Below, in pieces: positions 1-7,166 of a stretch of 37,033 nt of DNA. Both the position numbers and the translations under genes were made by a program. The stretch covers positions 1 to 37,033 of the forward strand of contig JBDLRR010000301.1 in assembly GCA_039799985.1 (NCBI GenBank), in the 5' to 3' direction. How positions within the stretch are numbered: position 1 is the stretch's first letter; every line of letters starts with the position of its first letter. Source of the DNA: Pseudomonadota bacterium (GTDB lineage Bacteria > Bdellovibrionota_B > Oligoflexia > Silvanigrellales > Silvanigrellaceae). A model generated the notes under the pieces. It saw only the letters and a list, made by a program, of their open reading frames with translations. It had not been told where the DNA came from and made no database searches.

Positions 1-681
1 GTTCCGGCCACGGTTCTCGGATTGATGGATCACCTGCGGCGCAACTTTTCGCAAACACCCGAAGCCAAAGCTCTGGATTTGATGTCGAGTGATTTTTCGT
101 TCAATGGTGCCGGTGCTTGCGAAGAGTGCGGCGGCAAGGGCTTCATTCGCGAAGATTTGTTCTTTTTGGGTGAGGTCGACAAGCAGTGCCCAGACTGTCT
201 TGGCGGTCGCTATCGCAGGGAATCATTGGCGGCCCGCTGGCGAGGAAAGACCATCCAGGAGTGGTTGGAAACGAGTCTTGACGATTGTTATGCATCACTC
301 GGTCATGAGCCAGCCTTCTCAAGGGCTTTGTCGGTCGCGGTTCGATTGGGCCTTGGGCATCTTCCACTGGGAGTTCCGACAACTTTCATGTCGGGAGGAG
401 AGGCGCAGCGTCTGCGTTTGGCCGCGGCATTGACCAAAGGTTCGAAGCAGTTGTTCTGCATTCTCGATGAGCCCACCCGGGGTCTCTCTGAAAAAGACGT
501 TGGCCAGCTTCTCAAAACATTGCGGGATCTGACCAAACAAGGGCATACCTTTGTGGTCGTCGAGCATCACAAGGAATTTCAAGAGTGCGCCGATCAGCTC
601 ATTCTACTGGGTCCTGGAAGTGGACTTGAGGGAGGAAGAATCGTGCAGCGCGAGTTTTTGAAGCGTGTTCAGGAGGGCTGA
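1..681 (+). CDS. uvrA: UvrA-family excinuclease ABC subunit A, C-terminal part (5' end lies outside the window)
   Basis: The frame is open from nt 1. It has a C-terminal zinc finger CEECGGKG...CPDCLGGRY, the ABC signature SGGEAQRLRLAAAL, Walker B ILDEPTRGL and an H-loop VVVEHH, in the same order as the second ATPase module of UvrA. The sequence is fairly divergent, so a UvrA paralogue cannot be excluded. Confidence 0.75.
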   Translation, partial: VPATVLGLMDHLRRNFSQTPEAKALDLMSSDFSFNGAGACEECGGKGFIREDLFFLGEVDKQCPDCLGGRYRRESLAARWRGKTIQEWLETSLDDCYASLGHEPAFSRALSVAVRLGLGHLPLGVPTTFMSGGEAQRLRLAAALTKGSKQLFCILDEPTRGLSEKDVGQLLKTLRDLTKQGHTFVVVEHHKEFQECADQLILLGPGSGLEGGRIVQREFLKRVQEG

Positions 682-684
682 GAA

Positions 685-1638
685 TTGGCGAAGATGGGTG
701 AATGGCAATTTCCGGTTTCAAAGATTCTCGGAGTTGAGTCCAAGCAAATACAGGTCGTAGACCGCAGAAGCGGGCAAACCTTTGTCGAAAAGGTATACGG
801 CGATGATGTGATGAAAGTTTTCTATGGTCATCCCATGGGATTGGCTGTCACCCGTCGGATTTTGACCAATCGGGTTCTGAGCAACATTTATGGTGCGTAC
901 AATGACTCAGCTGCCAGCAAGCACAAGATCGAAGATTTTGTGAAGGCACTCGAAATCGACGTCAGCGAATGCAGCAAGGATCTGGTGGAATACGTCAGCT
1001 TCAATGACTTTTTTGCACGCAAGTTGCGCCCCGGTGCGCGCGAGATCGCCCAAGGCGAAAATGCTGTGGCTTCACCGGGTGATGGCCGGCTTCTCGTTTT
1101 TCCCACGATCGATGACACAACTTTGTCTTACGTGAAATGGGCACCCATCCGCCTGCTTGAGCTCTTCAACAAAAGCGAAGAACTTGCCAGCAAGTATCGC
1201 GACGGCGCGTGCATGGTGTTGCGGTTGTGTCCGTCGGATTATCACCGGTTTCATTTCCCGGTCGCCGGCAAAGTCGGAATCACCAAAACAGTTCCTGGCC
1301 TTCTGCATAGCGTGAGTCCTTACGCACTGGAACAGGGTCTTCCCGTTTACTGTCTCAACAAAAGAACAATCTGCGAACTGAAGAATAACGACATTGGTTC
1401 GGTGATGATGATGGAAATTGGCGCCATGTTTGTTGGTTCAATCGTTCAGACTTATCGGGCAGGAACTCAAGTTCAACGCGGTGATGAAAAGGGTTATTTC
1501 AAGTTCGGCGGAAGCACCTGCATTCTGTTTTTTGAGAAGAACAAAATAAAATTCGATTCTGATCTTGTCGAAAATTCTGCACGTGGATTGGAAACCTTGG
1601 TAAAGATGGGTGATCATCTGGCGGAATCGGTCAGATGA
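685..1638 (+). CDS. psd: Phosphatidylserine decarboxylase proenzyme
   Basis: 317 aa. It has PGDGRLLVFP, RLCPSDYHRFHFPVAG and the self-cleavage motif FKFGGSTCILFF (Ser codon at nt 1513-1515). It starts 3 nt after the upstream stop. Confidence 0.9.
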   Translation: MAKMGEWQFPVSKILGVESKQIQVVDRRSGQTFVEKVYGDDVMKVFYGHPMGLAVTRRILTNRVLSNIYGAYNDSAASKHKIEDFVKALEIDVSECSKDLVEYVSFNDFFARKLRPGAREIAQGENAVASPGDGRLLVFPTIDDTTLSYVKWAPIRLLELFNKSEELASKYRDGACMVLRLCPSDYHRFHFPVAGKVGITKTVPGLLHSVSPYALEQGLPVYCLNKRTICELKNNDIGSVMMMEIGAMFVGSIVQTYRAGTQVQRGDEKGYFKFGGSTCILFFEKNKIKFDSDLVENSARGLETLVKMGDHLAESVR

Positions 1639-2573
1639 CCGGAGTTCCCTCCGTTCGTTTTTTCGAGTGGCAAGAATCGCGCGCCGACCGTCGACTGGTG
1701 CGCCTGTTCGATGCGGCATTTGGCGTCGAGAAATACACACTCAGCTTTCCGCATATTTTTGCTTCGCAATCGGCGGCCCGCATTTTTGCGGCCTGCGATA
1801 CTAACAATGCCATAGTGGCTGCTTGCGCAGTGGACAGTGAAATCTGGTCGTTTCCGCGGTATCTGCGCGGCGCATGTATTGGCAGTGTTGCAGTTGATCC
1901 TGCGCATCAAAGGCAGGGCCATGGCCGTGCATTGCTGGGTTGGGTGCTTGACCAATTGCACCATGGCAATGCGCATGATTTCGCATATCTGTTTTCTGAT
2001 CAATCCGGTTTTTACCAGACACTCGGCTTTTTGAACGCGGGCATCGAAAAGCTTTTTGTACCATTGCGAGGCAATTTTACGTCCACAATTGACCCACGCT
2101 TTTTGAGGCCAATGCGCACTGTTGATCTGTCAGCGAGCGACAAAAATCGACTCTGGAAAGCGCTGGAGAGTTTTCGGAAGCCCAGCGAAAGTCATGCCTC
2201 GCTTGCAAAACTTGAGATGGTCTTGACCATTCCCGAAATGCTTTTTTTTGGATTGGAGAATTCTGCAGGAGAATGGGTTGCCGGTGCGTTTGTTGGCAAG
2301 GGTGTTGATTTTCGTGGTGTGATTCATTCGTTTTTTGCGTCAGACAACGCTAATTTGCGCGACCTTTGGCGACAATTTATGATTTTTGCTGGTGACAAGG
2401 CTCTTGAACTGCAGGTTGCCCCAGGTGCGTGGATTTCAGAACTGGCTGACGAGTTGAGCGAAAATCATCAGCAGAATTTGTGCATGGTTCTGCCATTTTC
2501 AAACACCGCGCATGACGTTTGTAAATTGGTTGACCGTGGTGAATTGTATCCGCGGTCGCTGTTCAGCAGTTAA
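1635..2573 (+). CDS. GNAT-family N-acetyltransferase (Eis-like length)
   Basis: 312 aa. The acetyl-CoA binding motif is VAVDPAHQRQGHGRALLGW. Its start overlaps the psd stop as ATGA, which suggests translational coupling. Confidence 0.7.
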   Translation: MTGVPSVRFFEWQESRADRRLVRLFDAAFGVEKYTLSFPHIFASQSAARIFAACDTNNAIVAACAVDSEIWSFPRYLRGACIGSVAVDPAHQRQGHGRALLGWVLDQLHHGNAHDFAYLFSDQSGFYQTLGFLNAGIEKLFVPLRGNFTSTIDPRFLRPMRTVDLSASDKNRLWKALESFRKPSESHASLAKLEMVLTIPEMLFFGLENSAGEWVAGAFVGKGVDFRGVIHSFFASDNANLRDLWRQFMIFAGDKALELQVAPGAWISELADELSENHQQNLCMVLPFSNTAHDVCKLVDRGELYPRSLFSS

Positions 2574-3337
2574 GTGAATCTTTTCAGTTTGTCCTTGACC
2601 GTTTTTTCGTCGCGAATCCAAACCTGATTTTCCGTGACAACAATATCTACAGCGACGTCGTGTTTGTCTGCGGGGATGGCGTCTTTCTCCAGGAAAAGTG
2701 CTTCCGGGACGCAGGCCACTGACAAACAATCGCGTCCATGTTGTTGCAGGAATCTGTCGTAAAACCCGCCACCATAACCCAAACGCGTGCCATTGCGATC
2801 TGCTGCGAGACAAGGAGTCAGCACAAGCCAAGGTGCTTCGGGTCTTGCAGAAAAGTGGAATTTGAAAACTGCCTCGGGAGGCACAGGGAGTCCCAGTTTG
2901 TCTTTTGGCCAGGTGTGGATTTCATCGCAGATTTGAAACCACTCCAATTGTTTATCTGGGCGTGTGATCGGCAGCCACCAGCGCGCTGTCGAAGGATCGG
3001 GCTTCAATCTGCTGGATTGCTGGAGTTCGGGTAAAAGCTCGAGCTCGGAACCAATGGGCCAATAGGCCGCGATCTCGCCAGTTCGCAGAGAGAGCAGGCC
3101 CGGGTTCGAGCAAACACCCTGTTGATAGAGAAAGCCGGACAACTGTTGAATGTGCGCAGCACCCCAGGGGTCTTTGTGCAAGTAGGCATGTTGCTTCAGT
3201 TTTTCTCGCGAGTCCCGGAAGATTTGCCTGAGTTCAGCCTTTCGCCGGGCTGCCGAAAGGTGATCTTGTTCACCGGGTGGTTCTGGGCTAAGCCAAGAGT
3301 GCGATAACTTTCGCCCCAATTTGAGGAAACCGAACAT
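2570..3337 (-). CDS. 5-formyltetrahydrofolate cyclo-ligase family protein (start uncertain)
   Basis: It has the RLGYGGGFYDRFL and DIVVTE motifs typical of MTHFS. The ORF is open up to 3376. The ATG at 3337 shares a CATG with the divergent ORF start at 3336, so the true start may be further downstream at a non-ATG codon. Confidence 0.7.
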   Translation of the reverse strand: MFGFLKLGRKLSHSWLSPEPPGEQDHLSAARRKAELRQIFRDSREKLKQHAYLHKDPWGAAHIQQLSGFLYQQGVCSNPGLLSLRTGEIAAYWPIGSELELLPELQQSSRLKPDPSTARWWLPITRPDKQLEWFQICDEIHTWPKDKLGLPVPPEAVFKFHFSARPEAPWLVLTPCLAADRNGTRLGYGGGFYDRFLQQHGRDCLSVACVPEALFLEKDAIPADKHDVAVDIVVTENQVWIRDEKTVKDKLKRFT

Positions 3338-3614
3338 GACAGCACCTGCATCAATCTCTGAAAGAGCATTTGGCAACGGACAATACTATCTCGTGGACGT
3401 CGAAACAGTTGTATCGATTTATCGGGAAGCCGGCTACGACGTCGACAACGAAGACGAAGAAGTGCCAAACGTTCTGACTGTGGATGGTCAGGAATGCTTT
3501 TTCACCGGTGATTTGGTGAAGCGCAACAACACCTATTACGAAATCGTGATCGCAGCCAACGGATTCAACTGGGACGAAGTTGAATCGGATGCCGACTTCG
3601 ACGACGAAGAATAA
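3336..3614 (+). CDS. Hypothetical, extremely acidic small protein (92 aa)
   Basis: The ATG at 3336 is preceded by GAGGA (3324-3328). The protein has 23 Asp/Glu against 4 Lys/Arg and a C-terminal ESDADFDDEE. It ends 8 nt before the methyltransferase start on the same strand. I recognise no family. Confidence 0.5.
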   Translation: MTAPASISERAFGNGQYYLVDVETVVSIYREAGYDVDNEDEEVPNVLTVDGQECFFTGDLVKRNNTYYEIVIAANGFNWDEVESDADFDDEE

Positions 3615-3622
3615 TATTAGTT

Positions 3623-4900
3623 GTGCTGGAACTTGTTTGGCCTGGAAAAGTCGATGCTGCGGGTCGTGCTTTGGCCTCCGGCATTGTTGCTGAGCCTCTG
3701 GAATGGCAGCCTCAATATGGGCTGCTCAACAACCCCTGCTCTCTTTCAGTCCAGTTTTTCTCCCATCGCGTCTTTGCGGGCGAGAATCTTGATGTTCTTC
3801 AGTGGCTGCGCAAGGGCCACGAAAAATATGACGTAATTTATATCGATCCTCCCTACAACACCGGCAGTCAGCTGACCTACAGCGATAAAAAATCTGCGCG
3901 GGACAATCAAAGTGGTGGCGGATCTGTCGGGTGGCTGAGCGAAATCTATCCGCGCCTGCTGCTTGCAAAAGAATTGTTGCATGAGCATGGCGTCATGTTC
4001 GTGAGCATTGACGACAATGAGTCATGCCATCTTTTGACCCTGATGCGGGAAATTTTTGGACATGAAAATCATCTCGGTACAATCAAGTGGCGACGCAAGC
4101 GCAAACCCAGTTTTCTCGACAAGCACATGAGCGCCCTGTTTGAATATGTTTTGGTGTTCACGCGCAATTCCCGGGTGTGTCCAAAGCTTTTGGGCGATCT
4201 GACAGAGGAGTCAACACGACCTGTCCTGAACGCATCCAACAAAATCGTTGAGAGGGTTGTTCCGCCACAATTTCCGGCCCAATGTGCCGATGGAGTTTAT
4301 CCTCCCGGGGCTTATACAAATCGGTCTTTGACTTTTGAATTGCTCGATCCGTTGGTTGTTGTTGAAGGCCAGGTGCAGTCCACTGCGCGGGTGCGCGGAC
4401 CTTTTCGTATCCAGCAGCAAATTTGGGAAACGACCGGTTACATCACTCGCAATTTTGGTTTGCGTCGGCGCGTCCTGCCTCACGAGCAAAAGCGGCGCCA
4501 TGCCGAGGATGACGGTAGCAGCTGGCCCACCAACGAAGATGGACAAGATGAATTGCGCGCTGTTTTTGGTGAAGAGCGTGTGTTTGATTTTCCCAAACCC
4601 GTTGGGTTGTTGAGTCGTCTTCTTTCGATGATTCCACAGGTCGACACCAACCGCCCCCAACGATGTCTGGACTTCTATGCTGGTTCCGGAAGTTTCTTGA
4701 TTGCTGCTCTCGAGCAATCGCGTAACGACCAGATTCAAAGACAAGTCGATTTGGTGCAAAGCCGGGAAAAGGTCCGCAAAGGTGCCGCCGAACGCTATTC
4801 TGACATCGCGGAAATCTGTGCCCATCGGGTGCTGGTGGACAGTCAGCTGCGCGGTTTCTCCCCATCCTTCGACTTTCTTCAGCTGCAACAGCAAGAATAG
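3623..4900 (+). CDS. Site-specific DNA methyltransferase, beta-class N6A/N4C (Type III Mod-like), orphan
   Basis: 425 aa with a GTG start. The N-terminal LELVWPGK and ENLDVLQWL are typical of Mod proteins. Motif IV DVIYIDPPYNTG (DPPY at nt 3845-3856) comes before FDFPKPVGLLSRLL and motif I LDFYAGSGS (nt 4670-4693). This is the circular permutation of PF01555-type enzymes. Confidence 0.9.
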   Translation: MLELVWPGKVDAAGRALASGIVAEPLEWQPQYGLLNNPCSLSVQFFSHRVFAGENLDVLQWLRKGHEKYDVIYIDPPYNTGSQLTYSDKKSARDNQSGGGSVGWLSEIYPRLLLAKELLHEHGVMFVSIDDNESCHLLTLMREIFGHENHLGTIKWRRKRKPSFLDKHMSALFEYVLVFTRNSRVCPKLLGDLTEESTRPVLNASNKIVERVVPPQFPAQCADGVYPPGAYTNRSLTFELLDPLVVVEGQVQSTARVRGPFRIQQQIWETTGYITRNFGLRRRVLPHEQKRRHAEDDGSSWPTNEDGQDELRAVFGEERVFDFPKPVGLLSRLLSMIPQVDTNRPQRCLDFYAGSGSFLIAALEQSRNDQIQRQVDLVQSREKVRKGAAERYSDIAEICAHRVLVDSQLRGFSPSFDFLQLQQQE

Positions 4901-4963
4901 GTAAATAGTGCAGTAATTGCGGTGTCCGAGTCCTGTTACCTTGTGGGTAGCAGGGTTGTGACT

Positions 4964-5305
4964 ATGAACGTTTTTTTGCGAAAATTTGGCTGGGTGCTTT
5001 TGTTGTCGGTGTCGCTGTTGTGTTCCACAAACGCAGCGCGTGCTGATGATGCTTTGGTTATTCGCGGAGATCAATCCATCCCATTGCTGTCTGACGTGCC
5101 AGTGCCTGTGGAATCGAACCACGAAATTTTCATGGTCAAGCCGCGTCTCACGACGAAAGAAGAACTCGTTTTACTGCTTGGAAATGTTGAATTGTTTGTG
5201 ACGCCGCCCCAGACGATCCCGACTGATGTTTCGGAGAGTCTGAACAGTGATTCCAAGGTTGATTCAAAAAATACAAACAAAGATTCTGCTGGAGATGCTC
5301 AATGA
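4964..5305 (+). CDS. Hypothetical secreted protein (113 aa)
   Basis: The signal peptide is MNVFLRKFGWVLLLSVSLLCSTNAARA-DD. The stop overlaps the next gene's start as ATGA. The ORF is also open from 4922. Confidence 0.5.
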   Translation: MNVFLRKFGWVLLLSVSLLCSTNAARADDALVIRGDQSIPLLSDVPVPVESNHEIFMVKPRLTTKEELVLLLGNVELFVTPPQTIPTDVSESLNSDSKVDSKNTNKDSAGDAQ

Positions 5306-6096
5306 TTCAGGAAATGTTTGAGCTGTTTCGTTCGCGTGAGCCAATTCCTTATATCATCCTTGCCATTTTTGCCGTTGGATGGGTGATTGTGTTTGAGCGG
5401 TTCATTGTTCTGCAATTGACCTACCGGTTGAATTTCGGAAAATTCAATTCAACTCTCAAGCGAATGTTGTCTGCCGGTGATCTTGATCGTGCACGTCAAT
5501 ATTGCGCAGCTTCTGGCAACACAGGACTGCCCTTGATTGCAGCCAAGGCAATCGAAGCATACGAAACTGAAAATTTCAGGGTACGCATGGTTGTATCTGA
5601 AGAGACGCTGTCATTCATGCCGCGCATCCGCAGACGCATTTCTCAACTTCCCAATTTGGCAGCAGTCGCAGTGTTGCTGGGAGCCCTGGCTGCTGTGAAT
5701 GGTGTTTGGCAAAGTTTCCAAATGGTCGATGGTCTAGAGATGGGGCTCAAGAGTTTTGCCTTCAGTCGTGGGCTGAGCCAGGCACTCACTCCAATCGCTC
5801 TGGGTCTGGCTGCGTCTGTGTTTCTAATGATTCCTTATGGAGTACTTGACGCAATGGCAAGTCGGCTCGAAGGCGAGATTGAGCACAGCCTGACGGTTGT
5901 GCTGAACCTCCTGGCACCCGAAATGCAGCCCGTGTTTGCTCAGCCCGTGGCAGCATCGCAGCCCGGTGTTGGTGAAGTTCATACAGAAGCTCACGAAGAA
6001 CCGGCTGAGGCCGGAGGCAATGGCAAGGGAGGTTATCAGGATGTGGCAAGTGCAGAACGGTCGGATCCCGTTCCAGACGAGGAAGAGATCATTTGA
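5302..6096 (+). CDS. MotA/TolQ/ExbB-family proton-channel protein (divergent)
   Basis: 264 aa. It has an N-terminal TM (YIILAIFAVGWVIVFERF) and two C-terminal TMs (LAAVAVLLGALAAVNGVWQSF, ALTPIALGLAASVFLMIPYGVL) in ExbB/TolQ topology. There is a long acidic C-terminal tail. GGAG lies 7 nt upstream of the start. Confidence 0.7.
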   Translation: MIQEMFELFRSREPIPYIILAIFAVGWVIVFERFIVLQLTYRLNFGKFNSTLKRMLSAGDLDRARQYCAASGNTGLPLIAAKAIEAYETENFRVRMVVSEETLSFMPRIRRRISQLPNLAAVAVLLGALAAVNGVWQSFQMVDGLEMGLKSFAFSRGLSQALTPIALGLAASVFLMIPYGVLDAMASRLEGEIEHSLTVVLNLLAPEMQPVFAQPVAASQPGVGEVHTEAHEEPAEAGGNGKGGYQDVASAERSDPVPDEEEII

Positions 6097-6598
6097 TCTC
6101 GCCTGGGGCGCGTGGTCAGGCATTCTTGCAGTGATGACCGCACTTGGAGCCGCCTTGGCTGGTTCGCAAATTCTGATGATGCATCCTCGCTCTGCGGGAA
6201 TGCTTGTTTTCAGTTATCCAAGTATGCCGCGCAGTGCGAACGCATCTTCTTTGAAGTTGGAAAAAGACACATTGGCAATTTTCTGGGGTGCCAATGGAGT
6301 TGTCCTGGGGCCCATGTCTGAAGTTGCTGCTCCGCAGTCTGCTGGTCGATTGATTGTTAAAAATACGCGCGATCTGAAGCCAAAAGCATTGGCAAATGAT
6401 GTCGAGATTTGGTTGCGCAAGAATACAAAAGAGGCCGTGGAAATAGTTGCTGTTGGTGAATCAACACGGCGCGATGCGCGCCTGACGTTTGAAGAAATTT
6501 CGGAATTGGCACAGGTGCTGGAGGATGCAAACAAGCGAGTGTTCTCTGCTGCCGTCCGGCCTGTGATTGTTCCAGTCGATTTGGTCAATCCGTTGTAA
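6041..6598 (+). CDS. ExbD/TolR-like biopolymer transport protein (divergent)
   Basis: 185 aa. A strong SD, AAGGGAGG (6025-6032), lies 8 nt before the ATG at 6041. It has a single TM preceded by Asp (SFDLAWGAWSGILAVMTALGAAL) and a periplasmic domain. It overlaps the 3' end of the ExbB-like gene by 56 nt. Confidence 0.5.
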   Translation: MWQVQNGRIPFQTRKRSFDLAWGAWSGILAVMTALGAALAGSQILMMHPRSAGMLVFSYPSMPRSANASSLKLEKDTLAIFWGANGVVLGPMSEVAAPQSAGRLIVKNTRDLKPKALANDVEIWLRKNTKEAVEIVAVGESTRRDARLTFEEISELAQVLEDANKRVFSAAVRPVIVPVDLVNPL

Positions 6599-6608
6599 CG
6601 AGGAGTTA

Positions 6609-7166
6609 ATGTTTACTCAGGGGACCAAACAATTTGGCATCTGGCGAACCGGCCATCCGAGTGTTGCAAGACACGCCGGTCGACCTACTCAGGCGATTCT
6701 ACTTGCCTACGGATTTTGCGCCTTTTTGACCTGGTTGATTTTCATTTTGACACTCAAAATTCGCGGAGATTTCTTTCTCATCGAGAGTATGGAAATTCCA
6801 CTTCACAAGGTCACGACGCAGTCGTTTTCTGCTCAGCCGGCTGTCCCAGTCGGTTTGACGTTGGCAGTGCGTCGCGCAGAAGAAGATTCCATGAAAATTG
6901 TTTTCGACAGTGGTGAGTCTTTCGATTGGCCATCCGAGACGGTGATGGTCGAAAAATTTCTGCGCAATCGTGTTCAAGATATCGAGCTTTCTGCTTTGCT
7001 TAGAAGACGTGTGAATCCGGGGATGGGAATTGCTGATGTTTGGGTCGATGCCCAGGTTCCAATGAGTCGGGTCCAGCCGTTGGCACGCATTCTTGTTGAG
7101 TTGGGCTTTGACACGCTTCGTTATGCTGTTGACGCGGGTGATGCCGGACGAAGGGAGTCACGCTGA
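6609..7166 (+). CDS. ExbD/TolR-like biopolymer transport protein, second copy (divergent)
   Basis: 185 aa. GAGGAG lies upstream of the ATG at 6609. It has a single TM (AILLAYGFCAFLTWLIFILTL). The C-terminal IADVWVDAQVPMSRVQPLARILVELGFDTLRYAV resembles the ExbD periplasmic core. Confidence 0.55.
   Translation: MFTQGTKQFGIWRTGHPSVARHAGRPTQAILLAYGFCAFLTWLIFILTLKIRGDFFLIESMEIPLHKVTTQSFSAQPAVPVGLTLAVRRAEEDSMKIVFDSGESFDWPSETVMVEKFLRNRVQDIELSALLRRRVNPGMGIADVWVDAQVPMSRVQPLARILVELGFDTLRYAVDAGDAGRRESR

Noticed and set aside
4211-5122. A 303-aa minus-strand ORF spanning the methyltransferase 3' half and the next gene's start. I considered it as a possible hidden restriction partner.
   Set aside because: It has no nuclease or helicase motifs. 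It overlaps two plus-strand genes that have good motifs or a signal peptide, so it is a shadow ORF.
5936-6040. An upstream extension of the first ExbD-like ORF into the ExbB-like gene.
   Set aside because: The ATG at 6041 has a strong AAGGGAGG SD at ideal spacing. The extension would overlap 160 nt of the ExbB-like coding region.
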